From Chrysomallon squamiferum (taxonomy: Eukaryota; Animalia; Mollusca), in NCBI GenBank assembly GCA_012295275.1, contig CM022679.1, positions 19,344,001 through 19,408,000 of the forward strand: 64,000 bases of DNA. Reading direction: 5' to 3'. Under the pieces are notes generated by a model. It searched no databases and was not told the origin of the DNA. It worked only from the letters and a program-made list of their open reading frames with translations. Position 1 is the first letter of the stretch. Each line of letters opens with the position of its first letter. Below, piece by piece: positions 26,203 through 39,100 of the stretch. The position numbers and the translations under genes were made by a program.

Positions 26203-29200
26203 TGGTTTTTATACCGTGACACACATTTACCTGATTATATATTTTAACTGAGGATTCAAAACAGCCCACACAGAGTACAAGTAACCTAACTTCTTATTAA
26301 CGTCTTTCTCACCTTAACAAGCAGCAGGAAGTAAAGTTACTAGCACCTGACAGTGTACAGACCATGTGACCTCAGGCCATATAGCAAACACTAAGTGTTG
26401 ACAAGCCTGGCATAGCCAACTTAAAGCTCATTACACAGGCAATAAACAAACTGACCAAGGCTTGAATTAACAAATCACTTAGACAATATGTCAGGTGAGA
26501 GACCAGCCATCCTGAATTAGCTGTCTGTAACCGACTATCAGTCACATTTCTGACTAGCCTTGACACTGTCTGTTTGGACACCTACATTATCATCATTTCT
26601 CCAATACACACTGATCTGTGAATGAAAACAATCAATATGCGACAATGTATCAATGTGTGAAACATTTCTGTGCAACTAGTCATAATTCTGATTATTTTAC
26701 AAACCAATAAATACACTATTCATGCAAACAAATTGAATATATATATATGTTTATTTAATGGTTTTTCAAAAAACAAGCCATTCTCAGATACTGAGATTTA
26801 AACATACAGTTAATGCTTGTGTGAAAAGAAAATTCAGTCTTCATGTACTATTATCAATAATTATCTTACATAGAAAATATATTCATTGACAAAATTATTT
26901 ATCATAACCCTAACCATACAAATCATAACTGGCACAAAGAAATATAGCTTTAAAATTATAAAACTGGCATGTTAAATAAAATGTTTTGAAAACTTTTTTA
27001 ATAATGTCATAATTTTGCTATTAAAACTGGCAATAACATCTTGTGATGCTCCAAAAACAAAATTTCAATATTTTTCACTTCCTTTGTGATATATAATATG
27101 CAAAAAAACCAACAACAAACAATTCAAAATATTATATTCAAAATATTAAATGAGAATCAAGCTATCATTAAATTATGAATTTTCCTAAGTCAGTTTAAAA
27201 ACAATAATAATAAAAATACCAGAAAAAAACAAAACATATAGCAGCATTTAATGTTTGTTGCACATTCTGAAATAATCATGAGATTCAATAAATATGGAAT
27301 AATAATGTGTTTTTTATTAAAAGTTGTTTTTAAATTTAAACCATGAAAAAACTTTTTTCCATAACAAAATATCATAATTTAAAAAAACAAAACAAAAAAA
27401 CCTTCATATTTCATTATTTCAATTACACAGTTTTCATGAAAGTCTGAGAAAGTTTGTTTCCAGAAAGACAAATTTATAGATATTTTATTACGTATTTTTC
27501 AATCTAGAAAATGTATGTATTGTGATACAATCTAATAGATGATGTTCAGAAATGTGTTGATTTATAACAAACAAAAATTGTTATTTTCCTTTTACTGAAT
27601 TTCATATTTTTATTTGATGAAAATATTGATACTATTCACCACTTGTTTCTTTTCTTTTTCTGTTTTTAATCTTTTCTTTTCTTTTTTTTTCTTTTTTTTT
27701 ATTGTCTTGTATCAAATATACAGCAAGAGAAACAAAGAGCTTAGAAGCAAGTCTAGGCAGGATTTTATCAGGCAGCCAGTAATTATACAGACAGCTGTTA
27801 AATAATAAAAATAGAGTGGACAGTATTATTTCACATGAAAAGCAACTACATTATATTAAATCTTAAATGACACCTGTTCAAATAACACACTGCAAATCTA
27901 AGCACATTTCATAGCCTAAAACAGTATCAGTGAATTTTTTTATATATATTTTATATGCTGTTTTTTTTTTTTCTTTGTATCTGTTGCTTTTCACCATCTA
28001 GCACATAGGAATATAACTATGCCCATAACAGAAAACAGACCAAGAGCTCTGATGAAAGCTTGACTGCTCTTAAAGTGCCTAAGTTTAAATTCATTGGAAA
28101 TTCCATCGTTTTATTAATCATTTTGTTTTTCTAGGTTCATGATAAAACTACAAGTCTGATAAGTTAAAACATTACTTTAATTATCTATGTTATAAGGATA
28201 TATAATCTAGCTAAATATAAGAATATAAACCTGAAAGTCATGAAAACATTCCCCAAAAATAATTTCAGATAATTAACAGAAAATATAGTGTAAATAATAT
28301 CATTTTCTCAACAATTTAATACACAAATTAGAGAATTCATATTAGGTGAATAAAAGGCCAATGAGTAAAAGTATTTCAAGCAGATGAGAAATTGTAATAT
28401 TCATCATGTTGTTCTGTTAACAGTAAAGTAATACAAAATTGTCAAACTGAAAAACTAAATGAAATCAATGGTTTTATTTTTCAACTCACCACTCTAGAGA
28501 GTAGTATATTCAAGAGCACCAATTTTATTTTCACATATAAAAACTGTATATCAAAATAAAATAGTTGTAAAACAACAACGTTTATTTTTTAATGAAAACT
28601 TTTCAAAATTGTCTTCAAGATCTAAATCAGCAATTAAACACTAAAGAAGTAACTTTGAAAAATATATGTAAAACACAAAGTTAAAATGGTTCTGCCAAAA
28701 TGTTTTATCTAGTCATATCTTGCCTCTATTTATAGTGATCATAATATATATACATAAAACACCAGATTTTAATTGATCACATGTTTTAAAACACTATTTT
28801 ATCAGCATTTGTAAAATGAAAAGCCAAAATAACCATTATAAAGTCAGTTCACATACCTTCTTGTAATTACGCAACTATTCATCTTACAAATATTTACTTT
28901 AATAAAATTAATTTTTTTCTTTTTCAAATAACATATATAATTATATTAACCAGAAAAATGCATTTTCGTTACCATACTCTAGTCAAACAATTTTTAAAAA
29001 TGTGCTTCTTGTTATATCCAGAGCAAACTCAGCTTTACAACAGTCAGTATGTCCTAAATGTGTTTCCTTTTACTGGTCTTACACACATAACATGTGACTT
29101 GCAAAATAGGTTAAATATATACATCAAAATAATACGAAATATAGACAGCTGTTTAACCATACATATACAAATAAATTTAAATTTATATATAATTTAATTA

Positions 29201-29796
29201 AAGTCATGGTATTATTTTTATCTCCCATTCCAACCTATTTCCTTGAAATATTTTCTTGCAATACACCAATTTGAAAATAATGAACAACCTATATGGGAGA
29301 TACAGTCACTAATGTAATGTCAAATTGTTTTTCCGTTGTTGTTTGTTTTTAGGCATGAATACATTTTCATTTTGGTTTAGTGTTAATATAGGAATTTTTT
29401 TGAGTGGAAGCATTTATTTTTGCTGTTGTTATTTTTTATTTCCTTTCATTTTATTTATATATTTTAACTGTACAGAATATTAAACTACTAAAGTATATAA
29501 ATTTTAATTTGGATCTTTATATTATTATTATTATTATTTTTTTTTTTTTTTAAATTATTATATTAAAATTGATTTTAAAACTGCATTATTTGCTATTACC
29601 ACTTAATTTTTTTTAAATTACTGTCAACAGTTTCTAGCTACATATCAAACGTACGAAGGAAACAAATAGTGAAATACCATTAGTGTCATATCATGTATTT
29701 GCCATTTAACACTCACTACCTTCCGGCTGTCTGAGTGTCTCTCTCTGTATCTATATATAATTATATAGATAGACTGACTGACTGATACATTTAAAA

Positions 29797-29798
<2 letters not shown>

Positions 29799-29883
<85 letters not shown>
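29799..29883. repeat. (TTA)n followed by a poly(T) tract of about 40 nt
   Basis: Direct reading of the sequence. Confidence 0.92.
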
Positions 29884-29889
<6 letters not shown>

Positions 29890-30511
29890 GAAAAGAAAAG
29901 GAAATTAATAAAATCAGTGAAGAAAAAGGAAATAGTTACCTTCTAAATTTGTCATATAAATTTAGATTATGGTTTATACTAAGATGTAGATTAACACCAG
30001 TGATTTTTTTACATTTAAAACTAACCTGTTTACCTGGCGCACCTGTCAATGCTGAAGTGATTTCAGAGTTTGCGATTTAATTTCTGAACTTGCTTACATG
30101 AGATCAATTATTAACAGGAACAGTCAGTGAAATAGTACAATTAATATACTTTTAGCTAAAAGCGAACAAAAACATAATGACACTTACTTATTTCTCATAC
30201 AGTGTAAGAAGCTGAATTTTTAACTTGTTGATCTTCCCTCACATTTCAGGTGAATGCGGCTTATTAAATAGGTCCCAATATTAAAGAATTCCATATTATA
30301 ACCAACCCGACATTACTTACTATAACCAGTTTCACTTAAAATGGCCTGGGACAATAACAAAATGTGAATTAACTTTATGCGATCAGTTTTATTTAATTAG
30401 TATTTCTTACGATTTCCTTTTTCTTTTTTTATTATTATTATTATTTTTTTTTTGTTCATGTTTCAAAACTATAATTATGTTATTTATTTATAAATAATTT
30501 AAATGCATCTA

Positions 30512-30513
<2 letters not shown>

Positions 30514-30571
<58 letters not shown>
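30514..30571. repeat. (TA)n microsatellite
   Basis: Direct reading of the sequence. Confidence 0.92.
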
Positions 30572-30575
<4 letters not shown>

Positions 30576-30770
30576 CATAGGTACATATTATTCAGTTTAA
30601 TGGATTCTAGAAAAATATTTATTTTATTATATTTTTTCTATCAACACACTGAATCACTGATACCTAGCAATATTTTTGAAATTACTTAATTTTTATTATT
30701 TATTATTTTATATTAGATATTAGACTAAGTAACATTTAAAACAATGCCACTAATGCAAGTATAGTTGCTG

Positions 30771-30773
<3 letters not shown>

Positions 30774-30833
<60 letters not shown>
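30774..30833. repeat. (TTA)n microsatellite
   Basis: Direct reading of the sequence. Confidence 0.92.
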
Positions 30834-30836
<3 letters not shown>

Positions 30837-31210
30837 ATATCAAAGTTGTTTTGCTTTATTAAAGTATGGGTCCAAAGGAATCAGGAACATTATAAGCTTG
30901 GGGCCTACATGACTCATCCACTGGTAATAGATTAGAAGTATTTCATAACAGTTCAGTCTAGTAACATTGATTACTATAGTCTCGGACAAGGACAGCTGTT
31001 TCTATTGACCAAGGAATCGAGACTTTCTTTCTAAACTGTGGGAATGCCTTTGTTACGCTTTTTACATTTATTTGAATATATCTGATATAAGATCAGTCAA
31101 TACCAAAATAAGTATGGCGGTAAAAGCAAAACATTGATATCGTCATTGATTGTCAAATATCAAGATATTCAATATACAGCTAAAACAGAAGCAATAGTTC
31201 AGGATCAGTC

Positions 31211-34200
31211 ATGTCTCATCGTACGTATTATATTTTTCTAATAAAAAAATTATAGTGAGACGACTATAAATTGTAATTGTACTATTGAAATAATATTTGT
31301 ACTCGACTCGTTTGGACATGTTTACAAATTACACTAACACTTACGGTTTAGATGTTACAAACTTAATCAAGTTAAAGTTACATGTAATGATGTATGCATC
31401 AGTGTATGTTTTATCGCTATGTAAATCATTTATATAACGGTAACATGGAGCATACAGGTAATATTTATTAAATGGTAGTGATGTAGCCATTATAGATACG
31501 TGACACTACTACTACTAGTATTAGTTAGTATTTATGATTATAATGACAGTGACAATCCTGAGTTCAGTTATTTGTGTATTATCATTTATTGTATTATTTT
31601 GAATTTCTTGAAAGCAGTCACTCATTCACTGGCATTTCACTTACCAGTTTGACAGTGGCATGTCACTTTTAATCGAAGATTTTGCCAATGTGGATTATAT
31701 GGCTGATTTTTACCTTATTAAATTTAGTAGGCAGTAGGTCTCATAGTTAAACTTTCATGAATATTTATTTTCACAAAAAAGTGTTCTTTGTATTTGTTTA
31801 TTAGCCCTAAAAATGTCATTCATGTTTGTTTATTGGCTCTGAAAAGTGTCATTCATACTTGTTTATTGGTGCTAAAAAGTGCTGTTTGTATTTGTTTATT
31901 AGTGCCAGAAAGTGTCATTTGCTTGACAAACTGATCCATGCACTGGCAAAAATAATTGAGGCAATATTGGAGTAATTATTGCCATATTTTATTTAGAATT
32001 TAGACAAATACGGATGGGCATTTTCTGAATTTAGGTCACAAGAGTGGCCCACAAAAAGGAACAGGGAGGGCTATTCCTGCATAGGGGAAACACTATATAT
32101 ACACTTTCACCGATTAAAAACTAAAGAAGTAAATGCTGTTTTTATTTATAAATTTTTAAAATTCTTATATTAATAAATTATTATAATTTAAATACAGATA
32201 TCTGAATATATATAATTTCAGTGATAATGATGAGTGATCAGTAATCTTTGTATTTAATCATGTTTTACCATTCTTTTTTTTTTTTCTTTCTTTTTTTTAA
32301 GTTTATCTATATTTTAAGTAATGAGTTAATATTGTATATTTATAGTATGGCAACACCCATATGTGAATGTATTCAAACACTTCAACATTTCAACATGGAA
32401 AAAATCCACCAAGGAAGGAGAAGTTGCAGCAGTCATGGTATTTCATAATTAAATCCTTTTTTATATTTTTAATAAACAAAATAAAACAAAAATGTATCTG
32501 CTTTATGCACATTAATATTCAAACTAATATATTGCACAACTAATAACAAGATATTTTTAATATAATCTATCTCATGATGCATATTAAATGTAATTATATT
32601 GATAATTAAACCACATAACTGGATTCTGTGTATGTGTGAGTGTGTGTGCAGGAGAAAATAAATATGTAGTTAATACTGTAAAAAGTAATAAAATATATTT
32701 AATTTACAGGACAAGTCAGTAAAGGGGACTGTCTACTGCATCAGTGGATCAATTCCAGCAGGCAATTACATTCAGCTGCCAAAAACTGGTTCCCAGAGTC
32801 TTAGTTTGACAGGACGTTACCTTTATCTTCTGTTCCGACCAGTTCCCTCAAAATATTTTGTTGCACACATTGATGTGGCAACACAGGACAATTTAATTGT
32901 AAGAATATCATTTTCAAACCTGTTTAAAGAGTTTAAATCAACTTCAACATGGCTCCAGTTTCCTTTTGTCTGTAATATTTCTGGAGGATCTGTGCATGCT
33001 TATGCAGCTGTTGGCAGTCGAGGTAATATGCTTGGTAATAAAAACATAACACTTAGTTATTCATTTATTTTATCATTGTGTTTTAAAATGTTCCTGTGAA
33101 ACAGTGAAATAATGGCTTGAAATCAATGACAATATTTTCATCTTACTGTTGTATTTGTGTCTGATATCCACTCTCTGCTAATGAAAACAATACAACAATA
33201 AAATATTGCATTCTGGCCTTTTAATGGATTTTATTCCTTTGGAGCTGTAGAAAATATATTTTCAAGAATCACACGATATTCCTATTTTTAATTTTGTTTT
33301 TAAATTAAAAAATAATTATTGTGTTTTTGTTTGTCTTTCTTTTTCTTAAATTTGTTTTATTTAATTTCAGATCTCACTGGACCTGCTCCTCTCTCAGCCA
33401 GATGGACAGTGTTATGTCTTGACCTGCAGTATATACTGTCAATGTATCTCAACAGGAAATACTCATACATAAAGAGCATCCGGCTCTGTGCTAATATGTT
33501 GGTTAAGAACATTATTACCAGTGATTTATTGTATGATCCAGGTAATTATTTTTTAGTTATTCTTAGATTTTTAGATCTTTGAAGACAGGAAAGGAACAAT
33601 GCTTACCAATCTTGAAATCTATCATTAATCCAGATAAAAATATATAGCAACACAAGTAGCTTTCCTTTTTTTTATGTGTAGTAATTTCCTGGACATTTTG
33701 TTATGGACAGAATATTTTTTCAAGTGTCAGATAGGTCTGTTCATCTATTTGTATTTTATTTTTAATTATTATTTCCAATTTCATTTGATTCAGGAATAAC
33801 CTTCGAAGAGTCCAAAAAGGGACTAACCTCACAAGGAGTTATGCCCTTGCCTAGAGAAATGGCATTTCCATTGTTGAAGGGAGACAACTGGCATGATCAT
33901 TATGATCTGATAAGGTATCTGCAAAAATAGTGTTATATCTCAATTGTCTGTGATAGCAAATATAGCAGAAATGCATTTTTATAAATTTCTGTAATCTTCA
34001 AAATATAATAGATGTTGAACATAATATATATAAAATTTATTATTGTAAATTTTCTTTTATCTGATTTAATTTCTTTTTCTTCTTTTTTTCTTTTTGTTTT
34101 TCTTTTAAAGATTTCCTAGTGAAAATAGTAACAAGATGAAACCTTTTGATTCCATACAGTTTACTGGTAATCACACCTCAGCAGGTACTGAATAATGTGA

Positions 34201-34970
34201 ACATGATTGTGACTGTTTTAAAAAAAATATATTGTGCTAAATTAGTAAAATGCTTGTTAATATTTTTTTATATATTAGGCAGTGCTTCATTTCAAACTTT
34301 ATTTGTCTTAACTTTAACTATGTTGGGCCTCACATCATTTTTAATTTTTTCTTAAAATTAGATTTATTACTATTTTCATCTTTATTTTTCAGTGGTTTAA
34401 TGTTCATTCACATTTATAATTATATTGTATCTTGTATTTTTTGTTTACTGTTACAGGGCTTTCAAATTAATTTTGTAGCTGAAGTAATCACCATTTGCTG
34501 GGGCTTCTACACAAGCTATTTTTCTTTCAGTAATAATAAAAAAAATGTGTGTGTTTGTGTATCTATACACACCCTCACACATTTTTGAGGGTACAGGATA
34601 AAAGTAAGCCAATGGGCAGCAGTGGCAAAAAAAAAAATAAAAAAAAATAATTGAATACAATATATTTATAATATATAGAGCCAAATTGATGAAACAAACC
34701 CTGTTTAGTACTGCATAAACACGCTGTTTTTGTTATGTATTAGTGCAGATGTTAATTTTTATATTTGCTAAGTTTCAAAAACAAGATATATTTCCAGCAG
34801 AAATATTTCTGTATACTGATAATCATTACTTTTTGTGGAAGAACATAACTCAGAAAAAACTTGTGAAAACTGGATAAGAAGTCATATAAAAGAAGAAAGT
34901 CATGAGATAGAAGAAGAAGAAAAATCATCAAATGAAACATTGTCAAGAGAAAGGACATGGTTAAAAGTTT

Positions 34971-35001
<31 letters not shown>

Positions 35002-36083
35002 CTTTTTTTTATTCTATTCTTTGAATTAGATCAATAATATTAAAAATAAAAGCATTTTCAATTTCACAAGTTTTGAATTGTATTAATACCCTTGGAAAAT
35101 GTTCATAGTACATCCAATTTTTTTAATTTAAAATTCTGACCTGTGTAGATCTGAGATCCACATGCAGTTATGACACTTATTCTTGGATGCATTGTGCCAT
35201 CAGTTCCACACAGTGTGTTTATGTCACGGGGAAAAATTATGGTTCAAGCTAATTTTTCTAATCCTCCTACACAGAAGCAGTTTGAAAGCCCTGCTGATAG
35301 TAATTATTTATTTTTAATAAAATTATATTTATAATAATTAAATTCAGATTTTTTATGGTGTTTTTAATATATGAAATGGTTAATGTATTAAATAACATTT
35401 TCTTATGATATGAATATAATATATATATTTTATATAATTTTGTTTCAAGATGAATCAGCAATATTAAATCCAAAAAGGGTTCCAGTAAAAACTGTAGATG
35501 TCAGCAAGTGTGTCTCAGAGAGGGTTTCTATGATACACAAACTCACCAGTCCAAAAGTGGTTAGTTCATTACAAATTAAAAGGCAACATTTGTATTAAAA
35601 TGTTCTCTAACACAGTGGGAAAATTATAACATTTAAAAAATCAAACACAAAAACCCTTTAAATATTCATCAATAATTAAATTGTTATGTAAATTTTGTTT
35701 GTAATTTAATCTAAAGACAGTACAGTTAATTAGTATTTTAGAAACCTCAGTTTTTATTTTTTATTGTCTGACTGGTAATATTGATAGTATTAATTAAATC
35801 TGTTAATTTGTTCTGAATTTCTATTTCATATACTTAAGATGTATTTTTGTTTTCTGTTAGTTTATTTATTTATTATAGAAAGTGCAAAAGCGTAAACTTA
35901 TCACTACTGAGCTGCCAGAAATTGGACTGGAAAATCTTTCTATGTCACACAGTGCAGACAGAGAAGTACATGTCTTCGCTCATCCAGATTTGCCAAAGGA
36001 TCAAAGAGTAATATGGCTTTACTCATCTGCTTTACTTTTAATTTATTAACTATCATTTTTATATTACTAATTGTTAACTTCAT

Positions 36084-36122
<39 letters not shown>

Positions 36123-39100
36123 TTCATTCATTCATTCATTCATATTTGTTCTTTTATTAATTTCCTTTATTTTAATAATAAATGACTAAAGTCTGATATG
36201 TTATAACAAAAAGAAAATAAATTTAAAAATTCTGTGGTTTTACATTTGCATTACAGATGGTAATAAACCACCTATTTCTCTTTGTTTTGGACATGATGTT
36301 ATAGTCAGAGCAGTAATTTAATGTATTACAATGAATTGTTAAAATCATTTTCTTATATTTTTAAATAATAAAAACTATCATACCTTTAATGCAGAATGGC
36401 ATGGAAAACATTCCTGGATATGAAAAGCTTTTGTTGAATAAAACCAACTGCAGGGTGAGTGGTCAAGCTAATGATATATTATTAATTATTTTATTGGAAT
36501 TCTACTTAATCATAATTAAAGTGCATTATATTATTTTAAAGTGTTTCATCTTTGTTTTTACAGATTATTGTTAATGAAAGAAAAATGAAGTGAAAAATAA
36601 TAATTCAAATGATTAGAAATTATTTTTTATTTTCAACATTGTTTCAATTATAGACCTTGGAACCAGATCCTATTTTGAAATTAAGTCGGATAGTTGGATT
36701 TGGTGGAAGCACATACAGAGAGGTTTGTTTTCTGTAATTTTTTATTGTCAGTTTCCATATACATTAAAAAGATAACACCAGATTATTAATTGTATTAAAT
36801 ATAATTTAAAAAAAAAAAAAAAAAAATATATATGTAGATTAGCTTAGAAATTTCACTTCAGTAATACATTCAAAGAATTTAACAGTTTAACCATTATATT
36901 ATTAGATACATAATATAAAAACAAATATAAAATAATTTGAATTTGTTTTTAAATATTAGGTCTTTATCTTAAATTTTTAAGGCTCTTTGGACAGCTGATG
37001 GTTCCACCATTGTCTATCCTTGTCATTCTGTCTTGGTTGCCATGAAAATCAGCAATGGTCATCAGAGGTTCTTTCTTGGACATACAGATAAAGTAAATAT
37101 AGCTAGCTAAGCAATGTTATTTTATAATTTTTATATGTTTTTTTGTTGTTGTTACTTTTTTGATGGTTTTCCTATCTTTTCATTTCTTTTTTTGATTCCT
37201 ATTTTCATTCTTTACAACACACATGTATTAAGAAGGTGAATTTTTCAGTTATTAAAAACATTTCTTTAAAAATTGTTATTTTTTAATTACTAGATATCAT
37301 GTTTGTCCATGAACAATGGTTCTTCTCTGGTTGCATCAGGACAGACAGGTCAGATGAGTGTAGTACGAATTTGGAAGTTCCGAACTGGCGAGTGTTTGAC
37401 AATGTGCAAAACACATGTGCATTCACTCAGTTGTCTCAGGTTTGTGAGCTTAAAAACTTAATGTTGAAAATGTCATGGAAACTCTCCTTAAAATATAGCA
37501 TAATGAATATTTAATTACAGCTTTAAATTCGATCTCTTCAGTGAGATCACTGAAATGTAAAATTGGGAATCACCATCTTCTTTTGGTTAATTTCCTATTA
37601 AAAATATTTATTTATTTCACAGTTTTTCTCAAAAAGGAAATGTTTTGTGCGGTGTTGGAAAAGATGGACATGGCAAAAATGTGAGTGTTCTTGTATCATT
37701 TTCATATTTTGTACCAGTTTTTGGTGTGCACTAGTGTTATATATTTACTTGAATTTCAGAAGAAAGCAATTATACCCTGGAATATTACTGAACATGATAT
37801 TATTTTTTACCTGTGTTTATATAATTTAATGTAAATTAATAAAAGAAATAATAGTATATAGGTATACAGATTGATAATAATGAATTTCTATGTTATGCTG
37901 ATGTAAATATATATTTAAAAACAAATTATTTATATTTTTTCTTACATTTAGATGATAGTTATATGGAATACATCAAGAGTTGCTAAAAGTCGTGAAGTGT
38001 CCGTGATTGCAAAGGCTCATACAGATGTTGACATTGTTCAGATGAAAATTGCAGCTTTTGATGATACAAGGTTATTGGTTTATTCAAAGTCATCTTTAAT
38101 ACAGCAGCTTTAATAAGCACTGTTTTGAATTGAAATTGAAGAAATTCCATATTTAAAAACGTAATATTTTGAGAAAAGTTTTAAAGAATATATTATTTTC
38201 TGAATAACACTATTTGAATTATTACTTTCAGAATGGTATCATGTGGGAGAGATAATGTTCGCTTGTGGCGAGTTAAAGAAGGCAGTCTGAGGTCTGCTCC
38301 AGTATCACTGGGTGAATACAACAACATTGAGTTCACTGATGTTAGCTTTGATGTTGGTTATCGTCCTTCTCAGGACTTGGAGGCTAGATCAATGTAAGAA
38401 CAACGTGTGACTCTCTTTCAGCTCTGATTTAAACTATTAACAAATCTCATATCTAGTTTTTCATTCATTACCGTTTTCTTGTTTATTTAATTAAAAATCC
38501 TTGGAAATTGTTAGAGATATAAAAATTGTTTCTACAATTTCTGGAAAATCAAAGTAAATAATTTGTTTAGTTTATATATTTAATTATAATTGTTATGGTT
38601 TCCTCTGTATAGATCTTAATATGTAATGGTTTAATGGAAATAAAACAATAATATTCTATACATATTTATACTGATGACTGTTGCTGTTGTTCAGATATGC
38701 ATGCAGTCGCTCGGGCCATGTTTTTGAGATTGATTACCAAAAGGTTTCCATTCGTCATGTGAGACGTCTGCTTCCTACAGAGAAAAAGTCATCAAGAGAA
38801 AAAGAAGTGTTAAAAGCAGGTAATTTGTGTTTTCAGTATTGAATAAATACTATGTAATCTTCTATATTTTAAACAAAAACTAAATTAAATCATGGATAAA
38901 GTTGGTTCCTTTTTAAAGTAATAAACATTTATTTTTTCTTCTCATAATTAATTTTAATGTTTAAAATTATTATCAGAATATAATGGAGACTCAATGTAAT
39001 AAAAAAAAATCCTTTTATTTATGTATTTCTTTTATTATTTTATTTTTAGGTCTTGGTATTGGTATCAACAGTCTGTGTGTAAATGAAACATTTTGTGTGA

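Larger units (their letters stand above)
29990..31500. promoter_or_regulatory. Probable divergent promoter region for WDR90 and the MICAL-like gene
   Basis: CpG dinucleotides are visibly denser at 30030-30420 and 30980-31500 than in the surrounding CpG-poor introns. The region lies between the head-to-head genes and contains both candidate WDR90 first exons. Confidence 0.5.

Noticed and set aside
31777-31921. CRISPR-like appearance of the ~33-bp repeats (also 6606-6687)
   Set aside because: The units are head-to-tail with no unique spacers, no cas genes are present, and the context is a eukaryotic intron.
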